The notes beneath the pieces are model-generated. The model did not search any database. It had not been told where the DNA came from and was given only the letters and a program-made list of their open reading frames with translations. Of a stretch of 64,000 nt of DNA, positions 29,295 to 39,376 are shown piece after piece (positions within the stretch are counted from its first letter, which is position 1; the number at the start of each line of letters is the position of its first letter). This DNA comes from Candidatus Cloacimonadales bacterium. GTDB taxonomy: Bacteria > Cloacimonadota > Cloacimonadia > Cloacimonadales > JAFGVF01. A program made the translations under genes and the position numbers. The stretch spans positions 2,237,482-2,301,481 of the forward strand of contig OY782781.1 in NCBI GenBank assembly GCA_963678315.1, written 5' to 3'.

Positions 29295-30137
29295 ATGGAA
29301 GAAAACAAAAGTAAAGAACAAGAAATTAAAGAAACTCAATATCAAGAGAATCTTTCAAGAATTAAGAATAGAATCGTAGTTATTAGTGGTAAAGGTGGTG
29401 TTGGAAAATCAACTACCACAGTTAATATTGCTTATGGTTTAGCCTTTGCTGGTAAAAAAGTAGGTATCATTGATGTTGATATTCATGGTCCTTCTATTGC
29501 GAAGATGATGGGCATTGAAGGTAAAAATCTTCAAGCTGACCCTAAAACTGGTCGTCCTGTACCAATTAAAGTTCATGATAATATGCATGTTCTTACTATT
29601 GCTACATTAATGCCAAATCAAGATGATCCGCTAATATGGAGAGGTCCTCTTAAAATGGGATTAATCAAACAATTCTTACAAGACATTGAATGGCCAGAAA
29701 TTGATTACTTAGTAGTTGATTGCCCTCCAGGAACAGGTGACGAACCATTATCAATAGTACAACTTCTTGGTAAAGTTGATGGTTCAGTAATAGTTTCTAC
29801 ACCGCAAGATGTAGCTTTCTTAGACGCTAGAAAGACAATTAAATTTAGCGAAAAGATGAATGTACCTATTCTAGGTATTGTAGAAAACATGGCTTCATTT
29901 GTATGCCCTCACTGTGGAGAGCCTATTGACTTATTCAAAGGTGAAGGAGCTGTTAAGGCTGCAAAAGACTTTGGTGTTGAAATCATTGGAAAAATTCCTG
30001 TTGATATTAACATTCCAAAAACAACTGACGAAGGAAGACCTTACATCTATGATTTCGGAAAAACTGCTGGTGCTGCTGAATTTACTAAAGTAGTTCACCG
30101 TATTATCGAAAAGATTGAAGATGTAAACATAGATTAA
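29295..30137 (+). CDS. Mrp/NBP35-family Fe-S cluster carrier ATPase (ApbC)
   Basis: Deviant Walker A GKGGVGKST and the CPHCG Fe-S ligand motif. Confidence 0.85.
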   Translation: MEENKSKEQEIKETQYQENLSRIKNRIVVISGKGGVGKSTTTVNIAYGLAFAGKKVGIIDVDIHGPSIAKMMGIEGKNLQADPKTGRPVPIKVHDNMHVLTIATLMPNQDDPLIWRGPLKMGLIKQFLQDIEWPEIDYLVVDCPPGTGDEPLSIVQLLGKVDGSVIVSTPQDVAFLDARKTIKFSEKMNVPILGIVENMASFVCPHCGEPIDLFKGEGAVKAAKDFGVEIIGKIPVDINIPKTTDEGRPYIYDFGKTAGAAEFTKVVHRIIEKIEDVNID

Positions 30138-30160
30138 TATAATATATCTAAACTAAATTT

Positions 30161-30191
30161 AGAGAATGTAGATTTCTGCATTCTCTTTTTT
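30161..30191 (+). terminator. Rho-independent terminator after mrp/apbC
   Basis: AGAGAATG-tagatttctg-CATTCTCT followed by TTTTTT. Confidence 0.75.
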
Positions 30192-30210
30192 ATCATAAAT
30201 GGACAGGAAT

Positions 30211-31449
30211 ATGAAATTTGATGTTATTGTTATTGGTGCTGGAGCAGCAGGAATGCTATGTGCAGGAAAATTAAGCAGTAATGGTTTAAGAACACTACTA
30301 ATAGAAAAGAAGCCAAAGGCAGGTAGTAAACTTAGGATTACAGGTAAAGGTAGATGCAATATTACTAATGATTCTAATATGAAGGAGCACCTAAGTCATT
30401 TATACCCAAAAGCTAACTTTCTACGTAATGCATATTCATCTTTCTTTGTTGAAGATATAATTAAGTTACTTAACCAATATGGTGTTGAAACTAAAGTTGA
30501 AAGAGGTAATAGGGTCTTCCCAGTATCAGATAAAGCACAAGACGTTGTAGATGCTTTTGAAAAGTTCTGTTTTGAAAATGGAACTAAGTTTAACTTTAAT
30601 GATAGCGTGATATCTGTTAGTAAGCTTGGCTCTGAGTTTAAAGTAAAAACAAAAGCTGGACAAGAATATCAGGCTGTTAATGTAATCATAGCTACTGGAG
30701 GCAAGTCATATCCAGTAACAGGCTCAACAGGTGACGGTTTTACTATAGCAAAGACCTTAGGCCATACAATAATTAAACCCTTTCCAGCCTTAGTTCCATT
30801 TGAAACTCAAGGAAACTTAGCCCAACAAATGCAAGGTGTTTCTCTTAAGAATGTTTCTGCTTCAATTTGGCAAGACAACAAGAAGCTTCATGAAGAGTTT
30901 GGAGAAATGATGTTTACCCATTTTGGAGTCACAGGTCCAATTATTTTAACATTAAGTAATCTAGTTTGCCGGTCAAACTTTGAGAACGTTGAGCTTCACA
31001 TAGATCTAAAGCCTGCCATTTCTCACAAAGAGTTAGATCAACGCATTCTTAAAGATATAGACCTGCATGGCAATCAATCATTTGAAAGCTTACTTAAGGG
31101 TTATTTACCTCGTAAAATGATATCAGTTTGTGCCGATTCGATTAAAGTATCATTAGATAAAAAAGTTAATCAGATTAGCTCAACAGACAGAAAGAATCTA
31201 AGAGCATGGTTAAAAGACTTAAGACTAATAATAAAAGGAACAAGGTCGTTCAAAGAAGCTATTATTACTTCGGGAGGTGTAAGTCTCGATGATATTAATA
31301 AAAAGACTATGGAATCAAAAATAGTAGCTAATCTATATTTTATAGGAGAAGTAATAGACCTTCATGCCGATACAGGTGGTTTTAATTTGCAAATTGCGTA
31401 TTCAACAGCATATTTAGCTGCAAAATCAATAATAAAAAGTATGTTATAA
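30211..31449 (+). CDS. FAD-dependent oxidoreductase, HI0933/YhiN (BaiN-like) family flavoprotein
   Basis: Dinucleotide-binding MKFDVIVIGAGAAG N-terminus. The ORF track start 30199 lies inside the preceding terminator; ATG 30211 with a GGACAGGAA RBS is preferred. Confidence 0.75.
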   Translation: MKFDVIVIGAGAAGMLCAGKLSSNGLRTLLIEKKPKAGSKLRITGKGRCNITNDSNMKEHLSHLYPKANFLRNAYSSFFVEDIIKLLNQYGVETKVERGNRVFPVSDKAQDVVDAFEKFCFENGTKFNFNDSVISVSKLGSEFKVKTKAGQEYQAVNVIIATGGKSYPVTGSTGDGFTIAKTLGHTIIKPFPALVPFETQGNLAQQMQGVSLKNVSASIWQDNKKLHEEFGEMMFTHFGVTGPIILTLSNLVCRSNFENVELHIDLKPAISHKELDQRILKDIDLHGNQSFESLLKGYLPRKMISVCADSIKVSLDKKVNQISSTDRKNLRAWLKDLRLIIKGTRSFKEAIITSGGVSLDDINKKTMESKIVANLYFIGEVIDLHADTGGFNLQIAYSTAYLAAKSIIKSML

Positions 31450-31491
31450 GTTTGATCTAAATAATACACAGGTTTAACTAAGCAATATAAA

Positions 31492-31516
31492 AAGCCTACT
31501 TGATAAAAGTAGGCTT
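31492..31516. terminator. Bidirectional terminator between convergent genes
   Basis: AAGCCTACTT-gataa-AAGTAGGCTT hairpin flanked by T-runs on both strands. Confidence 0.7.
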
Positions 31517-31534
31517 AATTTGTTTAAATAATGA

Positions 31535-32467
31535 TTATTTCTTATTGTTATCTACATTTAGTATTAATGGCATACCTGAAGCATTTGCATCAGTTGGAGC
31601 TATTACAAATGTAGTATTGTTACTATTTGCAAGTTCTTTGTAAGCTTGAACTGCTTCATATTGAATATAAAGTGGATCAAGTTTCTTTTGAATGATTTCT
31701 TGTGCTTCAGCAATACCTTTAGCAGTAGCTTTTCTAATTTCAGCATCTTTCTTTGCTTTAGCAAGCTCGAGTTTTTTTGTTTCAAGGTTTTGCTCTTGCA
31801 CAAGTTTATTTTCGATTGACTTCTTCACTGAAGCTGGTGGATCAACTTTTCTGATAAGAACTTTATCAGTTGTTATACCCTTAGTATCGATTATTGCTTT
31901 AAGTGAAGTTTCCATCTCAGTAGCAAACTCTTGTCTTCTTTCAATAGTTTCTTTAAAGGTATACTTAGTTGAAACATTTCTTACAACATTCTTAACTGCA
32001 GGTCTAACAATTTTTCTTTTTAACTCATTATTGTTCTTTGCAATAGTCTTATAGATTGAACTTGCTTGAGATTGATTAATATAGAACCAAACAGATAGAT
32101 CAATCTTTAACTCTAGATTATCTTTAGTGATAACAGTAATAGCATCATCACCTTGTATTTCTCCTTCTGATCTTGAAGAAGACATTGTATACTCTTGAAG
32201 TCTAACATCGTAAGTAAGAACTTCTACAAATGGTGATTTAATATTGATACCTTCAGTCAAAGTTGAATCAAGAACTTTTCCAAATAACAATTGAATACCA
32301 ACTTCACCAGCATCTATAATTGCTATACTTTGAAACAATAGTAGAACAATAGAAACAAGTGTTACGATATTACCAACAATCTTTGTTTCTCGGTTATTTT
32401 TTGATTTAGCAACTACAAAGATAATGATACCAACAATAACGCCCAATAAAGCCATAATTCCTAACAT
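31535..32467 (-). CDS. SPFH/band-7 domain membrane protein (prohibitin/HflK-like)
   Basis: N-terminal TM helix, band-7 core and a coiled-coil-rich C-terminal part. Confidence 0.75.
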   Translation of the reverse strand: MLGIMALLGVIVGIIIFVVAKSKNNRETKIVGNIVTLVSIVLLLFQSIAIIDAGEVGIQLLFGKVLDSTLTEGINIKSPFVEVLTYDVRLQEYTMSSSRSEGEIQGDDAITVITKDNLELKIDLSVWFYINQSQASSIYKTIAKNNNELKRKIVRPAVKNVVRNVSTKYTFKETIERRQEFATEMETSLKAIIDTKGITTDKVLIRKVDPPASVKKSIENKLVQEQNLETKKLELAKAKKDAEIRKATAKGIAEAQEIIQKKLDPLYIQYEAVQAYKELANSNNTTFVIAPTDANASGMPLILNVDNNKK

Positions 32468-32479
32468 CTTTTATACTCC

Positions 32480-33076
32480 TTAAAATTTAAACGTCAATGA
32501 ACATTGAGGAATGTACATTACAATCTTCTTCTCAGATGATATAGTTAAAGGCCATTCAAGTGCAAAAGAAGCATGTTTTGATAATTCTAAATCTACTCCA
32601 ATACCAGGACCGAAATAGTATACATCATCATTTACAGTTTTCGATGTCTCGATATCTGTTAAATAATAGGTTGCTCTATTACTTGCATCATATACTCTTG
32701 AATAAACTTTTTTTCTATCTAATCTAACACTTCCGCCAACAAAACAATAAAATTTAGAATGTTCATAATCTTTCAATGTCTTTATTAACATTAAGCCTAT
32801 TGAACCATCTAATTCCCATCCTTTTTTAGATTTAGTAATAGTATTACCAGAAAGTCCATATTCACTAATAGTATCACTAAAATTTGGCTTTTTGTCATCA
32901 GAAGCTGTGATTCCAACTGTGATTTGATAACCAAAGTCTTTAACATATTGCCTGTAACTAAATCCTATACCAGATACAGTACCTGCTGAAAAGCCTAATC
33001 CTCTTTCAGAGTATTGCTCTCCAAAAACACTAACAACAATTAGTAAAAACATCATAACAAAACATATTTTTTTCAT
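32480..33076 (-). CDS. Hypothetical secreted/outer-membrane protein
   Basis: 198 aa with a signal peptide and alternating hydrophobic beta-strand-like pattern, ending in F. Paired with the SPFH gene. Confidence 0.4.
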   Translation of the reverse strand: MKKICFVMMFLLIVVSVFGEQYSERGLGFSAGTVSGIGFSYRQYVKDFGYQITVGITASDDKKPNFSDTISEYGLSGNTITKSKKGWELDGSIGLMLIKTLKDYEHSKFYCFVGGSVRLDRKKVYSRVYDASNRATYYLTDIETSKTVNDDVYYFGPGIGVDLELSKHASFALEWPLTISSEKKIVMYIPQCSLTFKF

Positions 33077-33087
33077 ATGTTCCCCCT

Positions 33088-36000
33088 TTACATATATCTA
33101 TCTATCATAACCTTTAAATCATCCAATTTAAAAGGTTTCGCTAAGAAATCAATCATTCCTGCACTTTTACATTTCTCTTTATCTTCCTGGAAAACATTCG
33201 CTGTAAGAGCAATAATTTTAGGTCTAACAATGTTATTTTCCAAACAATAAGCAAAAATATAGTTACTTGCCTGAATGCCATCAACGTTTGGCATTTGTAA
33301 ATCCATAAATATTATATCATAAACACTCTTTTCAAACATATTAACTGCTTCCATACCGTCAACTGCTAAATCTATATTAATATCTAGCTTTTTGAACATT
33401 CTCTGAATTAGTTTTTGATTAATCTTATTATCTTCTGCAACTAATATTTTTACATTTTGATTTGTAACTATCTCGCTGACTTTAGATTCATCATGTTTCT
33501 TTGTTATTCTAGCAATTCCATACATATCAAATAATAGTTGATAGAACTTATTATAAATAAGAGGATAACTTAGCTGATTAACTATAGTATTATTATTGTT
33601 TTTCAATAGTTTATCTTCTGTTGTAACATAAATGAATTTTTTGTTAGTGTTTGGGAAAATAGAATTAATCTTTGTAGAATAAGCTTCATTTGAATAAATC
33701 ACAACATCACTCATTTCAATATCTTCTATGAAATTCTCGAAAGAATCGTTATCTGGAATTAATTGAACAGCTGTAACGTGCTTTTGTACAATTGATGACA
33801 CTGTATTGAACAAGAGTCTATTTGAAAGAACTAGAACTTTTAAATTCTTGATTTTATCATCATTAGTTTTGCTTATTGTTTTGTTCGATAGGCTAACTTG
33901 TATAGTGAAGGTTGTTCTTGTACCTTCTTTATATTTTGAATCAATCCATATATCACCTCCCATAGCCTTAGTTAATGATTTACATATTGCTAAGCCTAAG
34001 CCTGTGCCAGTATATCTTCTTGTATTAGAAGAATCTACTTGAGTAAATGATTCAAAAATAGTAGAAAGCTTATCTGCAGGAATACCTATTCCAGTGTCTT
34101 TTATAACAAACTCTAATTTATATCTACCATTATTTTTTCCCGCTATCTTAACCGAAATATTTATATATCCGCTATCAGAAAATTTCCATGAGTTATTAAT
34201 TATATTGATGAGTATCTGCTTTAATCTACCTCTGTCGGCAATTACATACTCTGGAAGGTCACTATCAATATCATAATATAATTTCAAGAATTTTGAATTA
34301 TCTGCATAATTAACCATTGATAAGACATCCTCAATAACACTAGGTATGTTTACTTCTGTTTCATGCAATTCAAATTTATTTGATTCAATTTTAGAAAAAT
34401 CTAATATATCGTTAATAATCCTTAATAAGCTATCACCAGATAAACTAATAGTCTCAACATATTCTCTTTGTTCTGTTGATAAACTAGTTTTAGAAAGAAG
34501 TTCAGCCATACCTAAAACACCATTCATAGGTGTTCTTATTTCATGACTCATTGTTGCAAGAAATTGTGATTTTATTTTCACTGCATCTAGTGCTTGCTGA
34601 GAAGCTATTTTAAGATTTGTTTCATACTCTAATTGTTTAGTCCTGTTTTGATATATGACAAATATTGAAACAATTTTCGATGCTACCTCAATTGGAATAC
34701 CTGTGATTTGCATATTAAGTTGTTTTCCTGTCTTAGATATTCTAATCCCATTAAAGCTAGTCTTTTGTCCATTTTTAACTTGAAAGGTCTCCCTTTTTGC
34801 TCTAGCAAGGTCATTTTTCCTAGATAATAGCAAATCGATATTCTTTCCAAGACATTCGTTTTCGTCATATTCAAATTCTTTTGTAAACAAATAGTTAATT
34901 CTTTGAATATTACCATTGATATCAACTACGGCGATTGGTTCAGGGTTATCGTTAATTAAATTATCTAAGAATAATTTATCTTGAATACTGTCGTTAATCT
35001 GTTTATGATAGTGACTAATTAATTCAATAATATGAGTTTTAATTGTGTTTATTTCATAAAATTCAGTATCAACAGGAGGAATAAGTTTGATTGTTGATTT
35101 AGATGAATCAACAAAATCATACAAATCTTCTAAGTCTCCTGAAATTCTTTGCATAAGCTTTTTACTGTAGAGGTTAAATATCAAAGAAAAAAGAAAAACA
35201 AAGGCTATGAGAATTATATTTCTTAATATTATAGTTGTATAAGCTCTACTGATTGCTTTGTTTTGCTCCAATTTTATTAGATTGGGATCTGTATAACTGA
35301 CAATCAACCAACTTAACTTAGTTTCTACCTCAACCTTTCTTACAACCCCAGAGGAGTTAATTATTTTTGAAAATTTTAAGGAGGGAATTCTATCAATGAA
35401 TGCTTCATTTACATTGTGAGTTTTATTAACATAATATTCAAACAGCTCATCATCTAAACGTGAATAAGTTTCATAAACTGACTTTGCTTCCTTGATTTTT
35501 TTATCGTGTAAGAAAAGGAACTCATTAGTGTTTTTATCGATTATTGTGAGATATTCACTATTCCCTACATTTAGAAATACCAAATCATTTAGAAGTTCCT
35601 GCTTCATTTCATCAATATATATGTTATAATAATCACCCACACCAATAATAATATCTGTATTTGGAATTCTTTTAACATATAACCATTTTGCATATTTTCT
35701 GGTGAGGTTATTAGGTAGATACCATTTCCCTTTAACAAGACCTTCATTTTCATTTCGTACAATATTGATTATATCGATGATTACTTGTTCTTGGCTAAAA
35801 TTTTGTTTTTCTAAACTAGGATTCCCTACATTTAAAATCATTTCACCATTTAAATCAACTGCGAAATAATAACCTCTTCTTTTAAAAAAGTGATGACGTT
35901 TAAAATTTTCATGTAAGAAATTATACTTTTCTTGTTTGCTTAATTTTGGGAAATCAGAACCAAATAGTTCAATGCCACCGTATAAACGTTCTTTCAGTTT

Positions 36001-36246
36001 ATCGATAAGTTGTTCATCAGTATTTTGAATCCTTTTACCAATATAAGTGGCTATATTTTTAGCTACTTTGATGTTATTGTCCATGGACTCATAATCGTGA
36101 TTTCTTATTTTAAATTCATGTTCATTTTTTTCCATAAAGAGACCAACAAACATGTTTAAAATTATCGATAACAGCACAACAATTACCATTATCCAGTAGA
36201 ATCTACTAAATTTAGCTAGAATTTTAACTTCTTTTTGATTTTCCAT
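33088..36246 (-). CDS. Hybrid sensor histidine kinase/response regulator (TM-anchored extracytoplasmic sensor, PAS, HisKA, HATPase, REC)
   Basis: H-box ATMSHEIRTPMNGVLGMAELL, G-box DTGIGI...GTGLGL and a C-terminal REC domain (ILVAEDNKINQ...IIFMDLQMP). Confidence 0.85.
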   Translation of the reverse strand: MENQKEVKILAKFSRFYWIMVIVVLLSIILNMFVGLFMEKNEHEFKIRNHDYESMDNNIKVAKNIATYIGKRIQNTDEQLIDKLKERLYGGIELFGSDFPKLSKQEKYNFLHENFKRHHFFKRRGYYFAVDLNGEMILNVGNPSLEKQNFSQEQVIIDIINIVRNENEGLVKGKWYLPNNLTRKYAKWLYVKRIPNTDIIIGVGDYYNIYIDEMKQELLNDLVFLNVGNSEYLTIIDKNTNEFLFLHDKKIKEAKSVYETYSRLDDELFEYYVNKTHNVNEAFIDRIPSLKFSKIINSSGVVRKVEVETKLSWLIVSYTDPNLIKLEQNKAISRAYTTIILRNIILIAFVFLFSLIFNLYSKKLMQRISGDLEDLYDFVDSSKSTIKLIPPVDTEFYEINTIKTHIIELISHYHKQINDSIQDKLFLDNLINDNPEPIAVVDINGNIQRINYLFTKEFEYDENECLGKNIDLLLSRKNDLARAKRETFQVKNGQKTSFNGIRISKTGKQLNMQITGIPIEVASKIVSIFVIYQNRTKQLEYETNLKIASQQALDAVKIKSQFLATMSHEIRTPMNGVLGMAELLSKTSLSTEQREYVETISLSGDSLLRIINDILDFSKIESNKFELHETEVNIPSVIEDVLSMVNYADNSKFLKLYYDIDSDLPEYVIADRGRLKQILINIINNSWKFSDSGYINISVKIAGKNNGRYKLEFVIKDTGIGIPADKLSTIFESFTQVDSSNTRRYTGTGLGLAICKSLTKAMGGDIWIDSKYKEGTRTTFTIQVSLSNKTISKTNDDKIKNLKVLVLSNRLLFNTVSSIVQKHVTAVQLIPDNDSFENFIEDIEMSDVVIYSNEAYSTKINSIFPNTNKKFIYVTTEDKLLKNNNNTIVNQLSYPLIYNKFYQLLFDMYGIARITKKHDESKVSEIVTNQNVKILVAEDNKINQKLIQRMFKKLDINIDLAVDGMEAVNMFEKSVYDIIFMDLQMPNVDGIQASNYIFAYCLENNIVRPKIIALTANVFQEDKEKCKSAGMIDFLAKPFKLDDLKVMIDRYM

Positions 36247-36400
36247 AAATCAATTCTGCATTATTTTTTTGTTTATGTCAATCTATTTGTTTTCATTAAT
36301 AAAAATATTAAGTAATTACATACTAACTTTGATAAACTATACTATAAGCTTATTGATATATTTCAATAATTTTACAACTTTTGTATTCAGTTAATGCTTG

Positions 36401-36450
36401 TATATAAGGTCACCCTTACTTGCCTCTTTGAAAAAGAGCCGATTTTTCAA
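36401..36450. repeat. Second copy of the CACCCTTACTTGCCTC...CCGATTTTTCAA repeat (the 3' arm has degenerated)
   Basis: 36 of 40 nt identical to 58652..58691 in the same orientation. Located in the divergent intergenic region between the hybrid HK and the 852-aa gene. Confidence 0.55.
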
Positions 36451-36717
36451 TGAGACCCTTAAGGCAGGAATTAGGAGTTACTGGGAACAAACAGCTGCTA
36501 GCTGGCTAATAGAAGTGATGAGTTAGAGGAGTTAGCATAAAAGTAAACAGAATCCAGGATGGAATAATATTGAAAGTCTAATATCATCAAAAGACTATAC
36601 TTGTTATAGCTTCATTATAGTTTAATATTTTCTATAAATAAGAATATTCATTGACGTTTAATATGCTCTAGTTTAAATTAATATAATAAGAGCTAAGGTA
36701 ATTAATTTATAAATGAG

Positions 36718-39276
36718 GTGCTGATTATGAAAAAGAGCTTATTGCTATTTACAATACTTTTAACATGCCTTGTGTTACAAGGATATACTGGACCATTATC
36801 TTGGAACTACATTAATAATGGAAGGTTCTATGTCTATTATCCAGATAAGTTCTATCCTTATGCAAAATATGCTCTTAACAACCTTGTTACTTATAGTGAT
36901 TCTATTGATACAATAACAGGAAATAGCAGAGAGCAAGATGTCATTGTTACAATAGAGGATGCTGGAGAATATTATAATGGCTCAGATAACCCGATTGCTA
37001 ATAGATTATTATTTTATAATAACACACCTAGAAGCAATGATGATTTTATCGCTCAAGATTGGATTAAAACACTTGCTATCCATGAATATACTCATCAATC
37101 GCATCTCACCAATGCTCAAAATACACCCCTAATTTTGTCTAAATATATGGGCAACATATTCGCTCCAAATGTCTATTCTCCCATGTGGATTATTGAAGGT
37201 ATCACTGTTAGGAATGAATCTCATTTTAATGAATATCAAGGAAGATTAAATCATGGCTATTATAGTGAAATAGTAAGAGCAAAAGCAAGAGAAAATAAAT
37301 TACCTACACCTATATCTGCTAACTACTATCTTGATGACTATCCGTGGGGAAATTTCTATGTTTATGGTGGTTCTTTTATAAAATATTTAAGTGATAAATA
37401 TGGTGAAGAAAAGTTAACAGCCTTTTTTAATGAGAATGGAGGTCGAACTTTTAATATCTTGTTTGGGGTAGTATTCCCTAGATTGACATTAGATAGGTCT
37501 GCTAAAAAAGTTTTTGGGAAAAGCTTTCCTAGTTTGTTTAAAGAATGGAGATATAGTATTAAATCTTCATTGAACTCATACCCTACGTCCTCAAACTATC
37601 TAAAAGGAATTGATTGGAGCAATGTAATCAAAGTCAATAATGTAATAAGTGATGATAATGGAAATCTGTATTTTACACTTATAAAGAAGAAATATTCATC
37701 ATATCAATATATATTAGTGAAATATGACACAAAAAATGAGACTAGCAAAATTTTATATGAATCCGATATGGGGTTTAATGCAAATTTAGTCTTTGACAAT
37801 AATAAACTATATTTTAGTGAATCAGAACAAAGATATAGTGGAAACAATCTTATGAACAGTGGCTATGAAGAGTATTCTGTTATTAAATGTATTGATCTAT
37901 TGAATGGTGAAGTTACAAGAGTCTTTTCTGATAAGTTCAAAAACTTTGAAGTCCTAGACAATAATAAGATTTTTTATACTAAAGAAAACACTAATAAAAT
38001 GACTTCTGAAATATTCCTTTATGACAATGGTATTATTGTTAAAATATCTTCTTTACCATGTTTGGTTTCGGAACTTAAAACATATAATGATGATTTACTT
38101 CTTGTTTATAAGGATTTAGGTGCTTCGTGGGATATAGGGATATTATCTAAAGAATCAGATTATACAGAAATAGAACCTTTAATAAATTCACCTTATGCTG
38201 AACGCAATATTCAAATCCATAAAAACTGGATTGTTTTTTCCTCTACTAAAGACAATCAATTTAAATCATTTAGATACAACATTGAGACAAATAATCTTGA
38301 AGATATTAGTAATGGTCTGTATTCTGATAATCCAACTGTGGTAGCTAACAAACTATACTTTAAAAATATACATGCTAAAGGAGAAAGGGTATCTACGTTT
38401 GAAATCAACAGCAAAGCTATTCCTCTTTCTGATTTCAATATAAAACAAGATAATGATAATCTTCATGTCTCAGACAGAGATTACAAACCAAGAAATGCTA
38501 TGTTAAAATCATTATCAGAATTATACAAACCATATATAAGAACACCTTTTGTTTTTATGGGGCAAGATGGTATTGGATATTTTAACTATGACTTAGCATG
38601 GGATTGGGATGCTGACGAGGGTTGGAGTGGTTCTATTGGTCTGACAACTAAATTATTAAATCCTTTGATTCTAAGTTTTGATATTGACAATGATGACAAT
38701 ACTTCAATGAACATATCCTTACCGCTTTACAAATCCAATTTAAATCTTATTAAAAATGTTAATCTATTAGTTGAAACAGATTTCAGGGAAGAAAATTATT
38801 ATGGAGCTCAGCTTTATGTTAAAAGAAGATCTTTTGATTCACAAACTACTTACTTATATTCACATATAGAAAATGGCTATTATACAAGTAATGAATCAAA
38901 TATTCATCTTAAGAATTATAAACTGTTCATGAAAAATACAATCTTAAATAATTATGATACTACTACAATTCTTTATCCTGAGAACTTAAGCGAAGATAAT
39001 AATAAAAGATACTATAATCTCAACATTGGTACAGAATTTAATGTATGGGATTCTTATATAGAATCATGGACTTTCAATTTTGCTTTAAAACATATAAACC
39101 TTGAATTTGGATATAATTACTTAAATATCGAAGATGAAGATTCTTATAGCTATTTGAATGCTGGTTTTAATACAAGAATGTTCATGTTTAACCAACTAAG
39201 TTTTAAAACACATTATGGATTGTATATAAATAAGGCTGATATTGAACCTTACCTAAAAATATCCACTGCTTTTTAA
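36718..39276 (+). CDS. Large secreted protein with HExxH zinc-protease-like motif and a C-terminal beta-rich region ending in Phe
   Basis: 852 aa with a signal peptide and an AIHEYTHQSH motif. The C-terminus YLKISTAF is reminiscent of an outer-membrane beta-barrel terminal Phe. Confidence 0.5.
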   Translation: MLIMKKSLLLFTILLTCLVLQGYTGPLSWNYINNGRFYVYYPDKFYPYAKYALNNLVTYSDSIDTITGNSREQDVIVTIEDAGEYYNGSDNPIANRLLFYNNTPRSNDDFIAQDWIKTLAIHEYTHQSHLTNAQNTPLILSKYMGNIFAPNVYSPMWIIEGITVRNESHFNEYQGRLNHGYYSEIVRAKARENKLPTPISANYYLDDYPWGNFYVYGGSFIKYLSDKYGEEKLTAFFNENGGRTFNILFGVVFPRLTLDRSAKKVFGKSFPSLFKEWRYSIKSSLNSYPTSSNYLKGIDWSNVIKVNNVISDDNGNLYFTLIKKKYSSYQYILVKYDTKNETSKILYESDMGFNANLVFDNNKLYFSESEQRYSGNNLMNSGYEEYSVIKCIDLLNGEVTRVFSDKFKNFEVLDNNKIFYTKENTNKMTSEIFLYDNGIIVKISSLPCLVSELKTYNDDLLLVYKDLGASWDIGILSKESDYTEIEPLINSPYAERNIQIHKNWIVFSSTKDNQFKSFRYNIETNNLEDISNGLYSDNPTVVANKLYFKNIHAKGERVSTFEINSKAIPLSDFNIKQDNDNLHVSDRDYKPRNAMLKSLSELYKPYIRTPFVFMGQDGIGYFNYDLAWDWDADEGWSGSIGLTTKLLNPLILSFDIDNDDNTSMNISLPLYKSNLNLIKNVNLLVETDFREENYYGAQLYVKRRSFDSQTTYLYSHIENGYYTSNESNIHLKNYKLFMKNTILNNYDTTTILYPENLSEDNNKRYYNLNIGTEFNVWDSYIESWTFNFALKHINLEFGYNYLNIEDEDSYSYLNAGFNTRMFMFNQLSFKTHYGLYINKADIEPYLKISTAF

Positions 39277-39376
39277 CGTCTCTAGCTTTATTTGGAGTTA
39301 ACTATAAACTTTACTATTGACTAAAATAACATATTATTTAAAATAATTATATAATATAAGATTTTAAGGAGACACT

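Noticed and set aside
36450-36480. Second arm of the 36401 repeat as a true hairpin partner
   Set aside because: GAGACCCTTAAGGCAGG is not complementary to CCCTTACTTGCCTC. Only the 5' arm and loop are conserved relative to the 58652 copy, so the element is treated as a degenerate copy and not as a structured hairpin.
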